IMG/VR virus record: IMGVR_UViG_3300043418_000120
Coordinates: 32,001-96,000 of that record
Source of the DNA: a virus
DNA length: 64,000 nucleotides
Reading direction: 5' to 3' (one strand)
The position numbers and the translations under genes were made by a program. The notes beneath the pieces are model-generated. The model ran no database searches. It had not been told where the DNA came from and saw nothing but the letters and a program-made list of their open reading frames with translations. Positions 44,809-54,358 of this stretch are shown one piece after another (the first letter of the stretch is position 1; each line of letters opens with the position of its first letter).

Positions 44809-47313
44809 ATGGAATTTTACACAAACGTATTTCCACTTGGTAATAAGCTATGTGTGCGCGGTGTCAAGAATGGCATCCCATACATGGACAAGATCGACTT
44901 CAACCCAACATTATATGTTTCTTCGAAGACTAAGAATGCTGGCGAAGTTCATCACACATTGGATGGACAGGCTGTTTACGCAATTCAGCCAGGATCTATT
45001 CGAGAAACGAAAGATTTCCTTGAGCGTTATAAAGATGTTCAAGGTTTCAACGTATTTGGCAATACCAACTTTGCCTACCAATACATCTCTGACAACTATC
45101 AGTCTGAGATTAAGTATGACAAATCGCTAATCAAAATCACATCGATCGACATCGAAACTTCTACTGAAGAAGGCTTTCCCAATATTGAGACTGCCAATGA
45201 AGAAGTGCTTCTGATCAGTATGATGGATAATACTACTAAAGAGATTCATGTCTTTGGTAAGAGTCCATACACAGGTAACAAGGAAGTTATCTTTCACCAC
45301 TGCGAAAATGAAGCAGCCCTACTGTTGAATTTTATCGACTTCTGGAAAGAGAACTATCCTGATGTTGTTACTGGTTGGAACATTAACTTCTTCGATATTC
45401 CGTACTTGATTCGTCGAATCATGGTTGTTCTTGGTGATCAAGCTGCGAAACAGTTGTCGCCTTGGAATGTTCTCTATGAGCGTAAGATCAACTCGCGTGG
45501 TCGTGAAGAACTTTGTTATGATATCGCAGGTATCTCTGCGCTTGACTATCTTGACTTGTACAAGAAGTTCACATACACGATGCAAGAATCATATAAACTT
45601 GATCACATCGCCTTTGTTGAGCTTGGTGAGAACAAGCTAGACCACTCTGAGTACGAAACCTTCAAGGACTTCTATACTTACGGTTGGAAGAAGTTCGTTG
45701 ACTACAACATTCACGACACTAAGTTGGTTGACATGTTGGAAGATAAGATGAAGTTGGTTGAGTTGGCTATCGTTATGGCGTATACTGCTCGCGTAAACTA
45801 TGAGGACGTGTTCTCTCAAGTTCGTATGTGGGATACCATCATCTATAATCATTTGAGAGCCAAGGGAATTGTTATTCCTAACAAGACTCACAACGAGAAA
45901 GATGCTGTTATCGAAGGCGCATATGTTAAGGATCCGCTGGTTGGCATGCATGACTGGGTTGTGTCTTTCGACTTGAACAGTCTGTATCCTCACTTGATTA
46001 TGCAGTATAACATCTCACCAGAAACGATGGACGCTAACTACAAGCACATCGGTGGTGTAAACTATTTCCTTGAGCATGCTGAGACTGGTGGATATCACAA
46101 CCTGAACCTTTCTTGTACTGCCAACGGCTGGTGTTATACGAAAGAGCATAAGGGTTTCTTGCCTGAGTTGATGGAAAAGATGTACATCGATCGAAGCAAA
46201 GCCAAGAAGCAAATGTTGAAGATCCAGCAGGATTATGAGAACACCAAGGATAAGTCTCTGGTAAATGAGATCTCTCGCTTGAACAACCTTCAGATGGCTT
46301 TGAAGATTGCTTTGAACTCAGCTTATGGTGCGTTGGCCAACCAGTATTTCCGTTACTACGACAAGCGTATGTCTGAGGGCATCACGTTGTCTGGTCAGTT
46401 GTCTATTCGTTGGATTGCTAACAAGTTGAACGGATACTTCAACAAGATGCTCGGAACTGACAAGGATGACTTTGTTATTGCGGTTGATACTGACTCTGTG
46501 TACTTGCGCTTTGGTCCATTGATTGATAAGTTGTTCACGAAGGAAGACCAACTCGACAAAGATAAGATCGTCAAGTTCATCGATAAGATTTGCGAAGATA
46601 AGCTACAGCCATTCATTGATAAACAGTATCAAGAGTTGGCCGATCGTCAGAATGCCTTTGCTCAGAAGATGATCATGAAGCGCGAAGTTATTGCCGACCG
46701 TGGTATCTGGACTGCTAAGAAGCGTTACGTTTTGAACGTACACAACTCTGAGGGTGTTCAGTACGCTCAACCCAAGATGAAGATTATGGGTCTTGAGATG
46801 GTTAAGTCATCGACGCCTCTGGTTGTTCGTGACAAGTTGAAAGAGGCGATGAAGATTGTTATCAAGGGTGATCAACTTGCTCTGCGTAAGTTTATTACTG
46901 ACTACAAGACCGAGTTCTTCAAGCTGTCGATTCCTGAGATCGCATTCCCTCGTGGTGTCAACAACATGAAAGAATATGCTGACGCTGGTAAGGTATATCG
47001 TAAGTCAACGCCTATCCATGTTCGTGGTGCTTTGATGTACAACCATATGCTCAAGCAGAAACAACTCGAGAATAAGTATCAGCCTATCAACGAAGGCGAT
47101 CGTATCAAGTTTATCTACTTGCGCGAACCCAACACACTACACGAAGATGTGATTAGTTTCACAACTGAAATTCCAAAGGAATTTGATTTGGATAAATACG
47201 TTGATTACGAGAAACAATTCAACAAGGTTTTCTTGGATCCTCTGGCTGCTATCATGGGCGCAATCTCATGGACGATCGAGGACGAAGCGACTCTTGATGA
47301 CTTCTTCGCGTAA
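44809..47313 (+). CDS. gp43: family B DNA polymerase
   Basis: DIET exonuclease motif, SFDLNSLYP, KIALNSAYG, DTDS, C-terminal LDDFFA clamp motif. Confidence 0.98.
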   Translation: MEFYTNVFPLGNKLCVRGVKNGIPYMDKIDFNPTLYVSSKTKNAGEVHHTLDGQAVYAIQPGSIRETKDFLERYKDVQGFNVFGNTNFAYQYISDNYQSEIKYDKSLIKITSIDIETSTEEGFPNIETANEEVLLISMMDNTTKEIHVFGKSPYTGNKEVIFHHCENEAALLLNFIDFWKENYPDVVTGWNINFFDIPYLIRRIMVVLGDQAAKQLSPWNVLYERKINSRGREELCYDIAGISALDYLDLYKKFTYTMQESYKLDHIAFVELGENKLDHSEYETFKDFYTYGWKKFVDYNIHDTKLVDMLEDKMKLVELAIVMAYTARVNYEDVFSQVRMWDTIIYNHLRAKGIVIPNKTHNEKDAVIEGAYVKDPLVGMHDWVVSFDLNSLYPHLIMQYNISPETMDANYKHIGGVNYFLEHAETGGYHNLNLSCTANGWCYTKEHKGFLPELMEKMYIDRSKAKKQMLKIQQDYENTKDKSLVNEISRLNNLQMALKIALNSAYGALANQYFRYYDKRMSEGITLSGQLSIRWIANKLNGYFNKMLGTDKDDFVIAVDTDSVYLRFGPLIDKLFTKEDQLDKDKIVKFIDKICEDKLQPFIDKQYQELADRQNAFAQKMIMKREVIADRGIWTAKKRYVLNVHNSEGVQYAQPKMKIMGLEMVKSSTPLVVRDKLKEAMKIVIKGDQLALRKFITDYKTEFFKLSIPEIAFPRGVNNMKEYADAGKVYRKSTPIHVRGALMYNHMLKQKQLENKYQPINEGDRIKFIYLREPNTLHEDVISFTTEIPKEFDLDKYVDYEKQFNKVFLDPLAAIMGAISWTIEDEATLDDFFA

Positions 47314-47338
47314 TTATAACATACGACAAAGGAAATAT

Positions 47339-47548
47339 ATGGAAAATACTACTGTGGCAAAGAAGCCACCTTTCAAACTGATTTGCGAAAAGCACGGAGA
47401 AATCCCAGATGACTACGTGTTCCGTGTGAATATGCCCGACTTCGGCTATGAACAAAAGACTTACTGTCTTGTATGCGCCATTGAGTATCTCTCGATGATT
47501 GCTAACGAAGTTACCTATGTACCAAATGATGAGGAGAAATCAGAATGA
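47339..47548 (+). CDS. small Zn-binding hypothetical protein
   Basis: CEKHG...YCLVC; AAGGA SD. Confidence 0.65.
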   Translation: MENTTVAKKPPFKLICEKHGEIPDDYVFRVNMPDFGYEQKTYCLVCAIEYLSMIANEVTYVPNDEEKSE

Positions 47549-48606
47549 GCTTTTTAAAAGATATTGTAAAAGAACTGGATAATGAATATGCGGGACTCGC
47601 TGATGATGGTGTGGTTGGTGATACTGATACTTTTATCGACACTGGTTCTTATACTCTCAATGCCCTGCTATCTGGCAGCATCTATGGTGGTTTACCTGGC
47701 AACAAAGTCACAGCTCTGGCTGGTGAGTCGTCGACTGGTAAAACCTTCTATGCTCTGGGTATTGCGAACAATTTTCTCCGCACTGATCCAAAGGCTGGAA
47801 TCATTTACTTCGAAACCGAAGGTGCCCTGAACCGCGAAATGCTCGAAGAGCGTGGTATCGATACCAAGCGTTTCATGATTGTGCCAGTTTCGACAGTACA
47901 GGAATTCCGTACTCAAGCTACTAAGGTTCTTGATTCGTACGAGAAGACTCCTAAGAAAGATCGACCACCATTGATGTTCTTCTTGGACTCATTGGGTATG
48001 TTGTCAACTTCAAAAGAAATGGAAGACATCGCTGAAGGTAAAGACACTCGCGATATGACACGTTCTCAATTGATTCGTGGCGCATTCCGTGTGTTGTCAT
48101 TGAAGTTGTCTAAACTTGATGTCGCGATGGTTGTTACAAACCATACCTACGCTGTCATCGGTTCTTACATGCCATCCCGTACTATGGGTGGTGGTGATGG
48201 TTTGAAGTACGCAGCTTCTTCGATTGTGTTCTTGTCTAAGTCTCAAGACAAAGACGGTACTGAAGTTGTTGGTAACATCATCAAGTGTAAGGTTGAGAAG
48301 TCTCGTTTCACTCGCGAGAAGTCAATGGTTGAAACGAAGCTGTCGTTCACCAAAGGTTTGGATCGTTACCATGGCTTGACCGATCTGGCTGTTGAAGCTG
48401 GTATCTGGAAGGCGCAAGGTGGACGTATCGAAGTTCATGATGGACGTAAGGTGTTCGGTAAGGCTATCGCTCAACGCCCAACAGAATTTTTTACCAAGGA
48501 AATCCTAGATAAACTTGACACATACTGTAAATCCAAGTATAATTATGGTAGCGACGAATCTGTTGTTACTGATAATGATATTGAGGATGAAGTAGATGCG
48601 AATTGA
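47545..48606 (+). CDS. uvsX: RecA-like recombinase
   Basis: DTGSYTLN, AGESSTGKT, LDSLG, MGGGDGLKYAAS. Confidence 0.96.
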   Translation: MSFLKDIVKELDNEYAGLADDGVVGDTDTFIDTGSYTLNALLSGSIYGGLPGNKVTALAGESSTGKTFYALGIANNFLRTDPKAGIIYFETEGALNREMLEERGIDTKRFMIVPVSTVQEFRTQATKVLDSYEKTPKKDRPPLMFFLDSLGMLSTSKEMEDIAEGKDTRDMTRSQLIRGAFRVLSLKLSKLDVAMVVTNHTYAVIGSYMPSRTMGGGDGLKYAASSIVFLSKSQDKDGTEVVGNIIKCKVEKSRFTREKSMVETKLSFTKGLDRYHGLTDLAVEAGIWKAQGGRIEVHDGRKVFGKAIAQRPTEFFTKEILDKLDTYCKSKYNYGSDESVVTDNDIEDEVDAN

Positions 48607-49990
48607 AGACCAAATCTTTGGCAACTTAATTAGTCACGAGGAGTACGCAAGAAAGGTTATGCCTTTCTTGTCCCCTGACTATTTTACAGATAGAACCGAC
48701 CGAGTTATCTTTGAAGAACTTGCTCGGTTCTTCACCAAATACAATGCTGCTCCTGCGAAGGACGTTTTGAAGATCGAGGTAGCAAACCGCACCGATGTGA
48801 CTGAAGACCAAGTCAAGGCTGCGAACAATATCCTCGACTCTGTTCAAGCAGAGAAGACTAACATTGACTGGATTACAGATTCGACTGAGAAATTCTGTAA
48901 AGACAAGGCTGTTTACAATGCTATCATTAACTCCATCCGAATCATCGATGGTAAAGACAAGAATCATAATGCTGACGCTATTCCTGACCTTCTGTCTAAA
49001 GCTCTCGCTGTCACTTTTGATTCTCATGTTGGCCATGATTACTTGGAAGATTCTGACTCTCGCTATGACTTCTATCATCGCGTTGAAGAAAAGATTCCTT
49101 TCGACTTGGATATGCTCAACAAAATCACCAACGGTGGTCTGAGTAAGAAAACCCTCAACGTAATTCTAGCTGGTACTGGTGTTGGTAAGTCGCTGGCGAT
49201 GTGTCACTTCGCAGCTGCTAACTTGATGCGCAGTAAGAACGTTCTCTACATTACCATGGAAATGGCTGAAGAGCGTATCGCTGAACGTATTGATGCGAAC
49301 TTGCTAGAATTGTCTATGGATTCTTTGAAGATGGTTGAGAAACGTGTCTTTGATTCACGCCTTGACAAACTTCGCAAGAAAGATCCAGGCAAGTTGATTG
49401 TTAAAGAATATCCAACTGCCTCTGCGCATTCTGGTCACTTCAGAGCGTTGATTGAAGAACTGAAGATGAAACGTAACTTTATCCCTGATATCATCTACAT
49501 TGACTACTTGAACATCTGTTCTAGCCAACGTATGAAGATGGGTGGCTCTGTAAACTCTTATACATATATTAAAGCAATCGCAGAAGAACTGCGTGGCTTG
49601 GCAGGTGAGTACAAGGTGCCAATTGTTACGGCTACTCAAACGACTCGAGGTGGTTTCGCAAACAGCGACCCAGGATTGGAAGATACTTCTGAATCGTTTG
49701 GTTTGCCAGCGACAGCTGACTTGATGCTTGCGTTGATTAGCACAGAAGAACTTGAACAAATGAACCAGATTATGGTGAAGCAGTTGAAGAACCGTTACTC
49801 TGACCCGAACTTCTATAAGAGATTCGTAGTTGGTGTTGACCGTAAACAAATGAGACTTTATGATGTTGAAATGAGCGCGCAAGCCAATATCTCTGATCAA
49901 GGTGAGATTGACGACGATGTTCCCGTTTTCGACAGAGGCAACTTCGGCAAAAGAATCAAGACTGAGGGATTCAAAGGATTTAAGGCATAA
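48596..49990 (+). CDS. gp41: replicative DNA helicase
   Basis: AGTGVGKS, ITMEMAEE, IDYLNIC, TATQTTR, SESFGLPATAD, KQLKNRY. Confidence 0.97.
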   Translation: MRIEDQIFGNLISHEEYARKVMPFLSPDYFTDRTDRVIFEELARFFTKYNAAPAKDVLKIEVANRTDVTEDQVKAANNILDSVQAEKTNIDWITDSTEKFCKDKAVYNAIINSIRIIDGKDKNHNADAIPDLLSKALAVTFDSHVGHDYLEDSDSRYDFYHRVEEKIPFDLDMLNKITNGGLSKKTLNVILAGTGVGKSLAMCHFAAANLMRSKNVLYITMEMAEERIAERIDANLLELSMDSLKMVEKRVFDSRLDKLRKKDPGKLIVKEYPTASAHSGHFRALIEELKMKRNFIPDIIYIDYLNICSSQRMKMGGSVNSYTYIKAIAEELRGLAGEYKVPIVTATQTTRGGFANSDPGLEDTSESFGLPATADLMLALISTEELEQMNQIMVKQLKNRYSDPNFYKRFVVGVDRKQMRLYDVEMSAQANISDQGEIDDDVPVFDRGNFGKRIKTEGFKGFKA

Positions 49991-50001
49991 GGAGAAAGAA
50001 A

Positions 50002-51381
50002 ATGGTTAAAGTAATTGTAGCAGATAAAATTCATGATTCAGAACACTTGCTCGGCATGTTTGTCGACGAGTCGCACTACGATGTGTTAATTGAAGAAGAC
50101 ACAGATTGTTATCTACCAGCAGATTGTGACGCTGCTTCGCAGGCAAACTGTGAAACCGATCGCGACTGTTCTAATTGTTCGAAGGGTATGAACGAGGCGC
50201 GTATCGCCTTCAAATTCCGTAAGAACTTCTTCACCAAAGAAGAACAAGATAATGCATATGCTGGTCTGCGCGAAGCTGCTGTTCGTACCGAAAACCGTGG
50301 ACTTGCTTCTGGTATCAAAGAAGGTACATCCGTAACAGGCGAAGGTCGTGAGTGGGTTACCAACTATCAAGAAGAAATGATTCATGCGATCCTGAGTGCT
50401 CGTACTGAGTCCTTGATTGAAGGTGATGTGATTGAAGAAGTTCGTTCACGTTTCCCAACCCAAGCCGATCGTCTAAAGGCTTTGGGCTCTGGTAAGAACA
50501 ACGTATGGGTTATCTCGCGTTTCCGTAACAAGTTCAACTTCGACGAGTTCATCGACAGCATCATTCCTCTCGATCGCGAGAAGCGTGCTACTGAGATGGA
50601 AGAAGTCATGAAGATGATCAGTGAGACATCTTATGGCAACCCTGTTGACTCAGGTATCGCTGGTTGGTACGATCGTTATCCACGTATCCCTTATGGTCGT
50701 GCGACAACTTACACTCGTGACAACTTCGAGAAATTCCAGTTGGCTTACCCATTCCTTCAAACTCTTGCGAAGGGGTTTAAAGACTTGTTGCCATGGCGTT
50801 ACAACAACCAGATGGAAGCTGCTAAGAAACTTGACCCACGTTACCTTGTGCCTGGAACACCATTCACCACAATTACCGTGAACAAGACTTTCCGTACAGC
50901 TGCTCACCGTGATGCTGGTGACTTGGATTCTGGTTTGTCGAACTTGTTGACTCTATCTAACGATGGTCGTTACACAGGTGGCTACTTGATTTTCCCAGAG
51001 GTTCGCATTGCTGTTAATGTGCGTCCAGGCGACTTGCTGTTGGTTAACAACCACGAAGTTATCCACGGTAACACGCCAATCGTATGTGAGGAAGGTTCTG
51101 AGCGCATTTCTTTGGTATGTTATTTCCGTGAGAAAATGCTTGAGCTTGGCACTCACGAATATGAAGATGCTCGCTATCGTTACGTCGAATCTCGTCGTCT
51201 GAATAAAGAACACCCAATGTGGAAGAAACTCTGGAATGGTGTTTCTCCAGGCATGTGGGATGACGCTGAATGGTACGATTTCCTTCGTAAACAACCGAAC
51301 GGCGACGCAATGGTAGCAAAGTACCACCCTGACGCGAACAACGCCGACTTGGGCGACTTGGGAGATGAATGGTTCGCTTGA
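50002..51381 (+). CDS. TET/JBP-family 2OG-Fe(II) nucleic-acid dioxygenase
   Basis: SGIAGWYD...PFTTITVNKTFRTAAHRDAGD...GDLLL...HGNT...RISLVCYFR parallels the kinetoplastid JBP1/2 oxygenase motifs. Confidence 0.85.
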   Translation: MVKVIVADKIHDSEHLLGMFVDESHYDVLIEEDTDCYLPADCDAASQANCETDRDCSNCSKGMNEARIAFKFRKNFFTKEEQDNAYAGLREAAVRTENRGLASGIKEGTSVTGEGREWVTNYQEEMIHAILSARTESLIEGDVIEEVRSRFPTQADRLKALGSGKNNVWVISRFRNKFNFDEFIDSIIPLDREKRATEMEEVMKMISETSYGNPVDSGIAGWYDRYPRIPYGRATTYTRDNFEKFQLAYPFLQTLAKGFKDLLPWRYNNQMEAAKKLDPRYLVPGTPFTTITVNKTFRTAAHRDAGDLDSGLSNLLTLSNDGRYTGGYLIFPEVRIAVNVRPGDLLLVNNHEVIHGNTPIVCEEGSERISLVCYFREKMLELGTHEYEDARYRYVESRRLNKEHPMWKKLWNGVSPGMWDDAEWYDFLRKQPNGDAMVAKYHPDANNADLGDLGDEWFA

Positions 51382-51406
51382 CTTTTATCCTATAATCAGG
51401 TATAAT
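51378..51406 (+). promoter_or_regulatory. sigma70-like promoter
   Basis: TTGACT-17-TATAAT. Confidence 0.8.
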
Positions 51407-51429
51407 TGACTATATTTTAAGGAATCACA

Positions 51430-52290
51430 ATGCGATCGAATTATTGGTCATGTTCTAAATTTGCTGACTGGCTTCGTGGTACTGACAAGCCACCAGCAGC
51501 AACTTCGGAAGGCTGGCGCTCATGGCGCCTTGCCTCTAAGAAGACACACCCAATCCGTCATTGGATCGTTGAAGAAGGTCTTGACAATCTTCAACGATTC
51601 GTCTATTGGCCAGCTGACAAGTTGAACGACATTCGTTACTACATCAACAACCGTTGGGTGGCACGTTCGCATTCACTGACAGCACATCCTCGCGATATCA
51701 AGCCAGGATCTTGGTGCGATGTTGGTAACCGTTTCTTGCCTTGTATGTTCAATGAGTTGGTTGACTTTGTTGAAGTTGAATCAGCATGGATGCATGTTGT
51801 TTGGAACGACGAGAATCGCGACAAGTACAATGTTCCATTCTGGCGCAAGCAATGGTGGACACGTTGGGGAATGGTATGGCGTTGTAAGGAAGCTGGTCTT
51901 GATCATTTGAACTGGGCTGCTCAGTTGCGTTTCGATGATGAGTTCATTGAACAAGACAGCCCATCATACGGCAAGTTCACACCACAAGCCATAAATGCTC
52001 AGGAAATTCTAAGCCTTTACACTTGGTGGACTGAGAAGCGTCCAGCTCGTCCCGATCCATATGAAGTGTCAGGTTGGTCAGCATTGTGCGCTGAGCGTAG
52101 AGCTGCTCGTCGCGCCGAAACTGGCGACAGCAAGGATGACTTCTTTATCTCCGACGAGAAGACACCAGAAGCTAGACAGAAAACAACTGCTGCTCTAGAT
52201 GCGCTACATATGTTAGAGGCAGAATATGAAAAAGAAGACGAAGAAATGATGATTCGTCTAATCAAAGTACGACACGGTCTCTGGACTTAA
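51430..52290 (+). CDS. Trp-rich conserved phage hypothetical protein
   Basis: FNELVDFVEVE...LYTWW...EDEEMMIRLIKVRHGLWT. Confidence 0.8.
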   Translation: MRSNYWSCSKFADWLRGTDKPPAATSEGWRSWRLASKKTHPIRHWIVEEGLDNLQRFVYWPADKLNDIRYYINNRWVARSHSLTAHPRDIKPGSWCDVGNRFLPCMFNELVDFVEVESAWMHVVWNDENRDKYNVPFWRKQWWTRWGMVWRCKEAGLDHLNWAAQLRFDDEFIEQDSPSYGKFTPQAINAQEILSLYTWWTEKRPARPDPYEVSGWSALCAERRAARRAETGDSKDDFFISDEKTPEARQKTTAALDALHMLEAEYEKEDEEMMIRLIKVRHGLWT

Positions 52291-52302
52291 TAAAGGAAAA
52301 AC

Positions 52303-53652
52303 ATGAAGATTATGATGGTAATGCACACCTTCAACAATTTTGGAGGTATTATCAACCACTGTGAACATCTAGTCGCAGGGTTGAAAGAGCTTGGTCATGA
52401 GGTTACGTTCGCGTATCTGAAAGGCAACAAGACAGTTCGACCAGTTGAGATTCCAACTGAGTTGAAGGAAGGTTATGAGATTGGTGTTGGCACAGGTTAT
52501 CCTGTACACCAAGGCGATGGTTGGATCGCACCTTATTACTCATACAAAGTTCAAGAATCGATTGACAAATTTGTTGTAGATGCTAACCAACACGATTTGG
52601 TTATTTGGCAGTCTATCTTTGGCTTCAAGAATAAAGACACCGAGAAGTCTCTAATGTGGTTGCCGATGGTTGAGAAAATCACTGCCAAGCAAGTCCCAAT
52701 TATTCATGATGCTAACTTGAAGAAGCTGTACCCTTGGATCCAGTTGTTTGAGAAACACTTTGCTGGTCTGGCATGCGTTCACCCAGCAGCTTATGACTCA
52801 GCTGACTTTATGGATGTTCCACGTGCTCTGATTTTGAACCCACAGGACATTGCTAATATTCCCCAGCCACCCTTGTTTTCGAACCAAGAAAACAAGGTTT
52901 TGTCTATCCAGACATTCAAGCGTTGGAAACGTGTTGATGATTTGATTCGTGCTGTACCACACATGAAAGAGGTTAAGACTCTGGTTGGCGGTTATGGTAT
53001 TGAAGCAGCTTACATGATGTCCAAGGACAAATGTAAGGACGAGTACTACTGCACTTCGCAGTATGACCCAGATCGTACCCCAGAGATGGATGGTAAGCGT
53101 ATTTGGCAAAACGCCGAGGAATCAGGTAACTTTGAGTACCTTGGATTTATCTCAGGAGCAAAGCGTGATGAAATTCTATCAACATCTAAGTTTTTGGTTG
53201 ACCCCTCTTGGTCAAATACTTTCGGCGAGCATTTCAACCGTGTGGTTGTGGACGCTATGCGCATTGGTGTCGTACCAATTGCCATAAACTTTGGTGTCTC
53301 TGACAACGAAGAAGGTCAAGGCGTCGTTCTGAAGGCAGGTATCAACTACTGTATGATCAAGAAAGGCTCTACTCCAAAGCAGTATGCCGACAAGATTAAA
53401 GAGTTTTGTAACATGTCTCAGGCTGATTACCAACAAATGCAGCTAAATAACTATGAACTGATTAAACAGTTCGATCGAAAGGTAATTGCTCAGCATTACA
53501 TCGACTTGGCTATGGGTAAGGAGACAGGCTATCTGAACGAACTTAGAACCAAGACGAACCATGACCCAAATATCCCTAGAGTTGCGCGAAACATGTTTGA
53601 AGAACACTTCGAACAACCCAGCGCACAGTCTTTGGACGATTTCTTCGGGTGA
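52303..53652 (+). CDS. GT-B glycosyltransferase (candidate DNA glycosyltransferase)
   Basis: N-terminal FGGIINH..LVAGLKELGHEV, KRWKRVDDLIRA, EHFNRVVVDAM (E-x7-D); C-terminal SLDDFFG. Confidence 0.8.
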   Translation: MKIMMVMHTFNNFGGIINHCEHLVAGLKELGHEVTFAYLKGNKTVRPVEIPTELKEGYEIGVGTGYPVHQGDGWIAPYYSYKVQESIDKFVVDANQHDLVIWQSIFGFKNKDTEKSLMWLPMVEKITAKQVPIIHDANLKKLYPWIQLFEKHFAGLACVHPAAYDSADFMDVPRALILNPQDIANIPQPPLFSNQENKVLSIQTFKRWKRVDDLIRAVPHMKEVKTLVGGYGIEAAYMMSKDKCKDEYYCTSQYDPDRTPEMDGKRIWQNAEESGNFEYLGFISGAKRDEILSTSKFLVDPSWSNTFGEHFNRVVVDAMRIGVVPIAINFGVSDNEEGQGVVLKAGINYCMIKKGSTPKQYADKIKEFCNMSQADYQQMQLNNYELIKQFDRKVIAQHYIDLAMGKETGYLNELRTKTNHDPNIPRVARNMFEEHFEQPSAQSLDDFFG

Positions 53653-53653
53653 T

Positions 53654-53682
53654 TTGACTTCGAACAGCTTTCGTAGTATAAT
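53654..53682 (+). promoter_or_regulatory. sigma70-like promoter
   Basis: TTGACT-17-TATAAT; ATG about 7 nt downstream. Confidence 0.75.
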
Positions 53683-53688
53683 AATGGT

Positions 53689-54342
53689 ATGAAAGCTGAT
53701 CTGATCCAAAACTACAAACACAACTTCGTGGATCTGCTGAATGTGGATCTACCGTCACTCGTCCCAGCTAAACTCTGGGACGACTTTGACAAGTATCGCG
53801 ACGACCCCAAGGGTATGAAGCGTTATCTTGCTCGTCAACATAAAACAAAACTAGAATTTGAATACGACCCAAGAGAATGCCGTGTCTCTGGGGAATTCGA
53901 CATTGAGACAGAACGTATCTCAATTTTCGCTACCATTTCTCGCCGTTGGGAAGACAGAGACTGGGACTACTTCAAGTTTGAGGTAATTGTCACCATGATG
54001 CATGAGTATATTCATTACATGCAGTGGTTGAAGAGTGGAGATGAGATGGATCTGGTGCTGTTCCACAAGGAAAGCAAGAACCCAGACAAACAAGAAGACC
54101 GCGAGTACTACGCTTGCTGGTCAGAGATCCAAGCCTATGGGCACTGTATCTACATGGAGATGAAGGCTAAGAATGCCAAGAAATCCTGTGCTGAGATGCT
54201 ACAATCCAAGAGACGAAGCTGGTACTCGCCATCATTACGTCAATTCAGAACTGCATTTGATGGTTTTGACTATCCTTTACGCTACCTGTACCGAGAGGTG
54301 CTCCGCTGGGAGAAACGCTACGAATCACTAAATATAGGATAA
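53689..54342 (+). CDS. HEXXH (zincin-like) hypothetical protein
   Basis: HEYIHYMQ...YY...EIQAY. Confidence 0.7.
   Translation: MKADLIQNYKHNFVDLLNVDLPSLVPAKLWDDFDKYRDDPKGMKRYLARQHKTKLEFEYDPRECRVSGEFDIETERISIFATISRRWEDRDWDYFKFEVIVTMMHEYIHYMQWLKSGDEMDLVLFHKESKNPDKQEDREYYACWSEIQAYGHCIYMEMKAKNAKKSCAEMLQSKRRSWYSPSLRQFRTAFDGFDYPLRYLYREVLRWEKRYESLNIG
54328..54334 (+). promoter_or_regulatory. candidate late promoter CTAAATA
   Basis: Resembles T4 TATAAATA; located where the late gene cluster begins. Confidence 0.55.
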
Positions 54343-54358
54343 TTTTAGGGATTTATCG

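Noticed and set aside
44809-49990. Introns or inteins in gp43, uvsX and gp41
   Set aside because: The ORFs are continuous and of normal length, with no splicing motifs.
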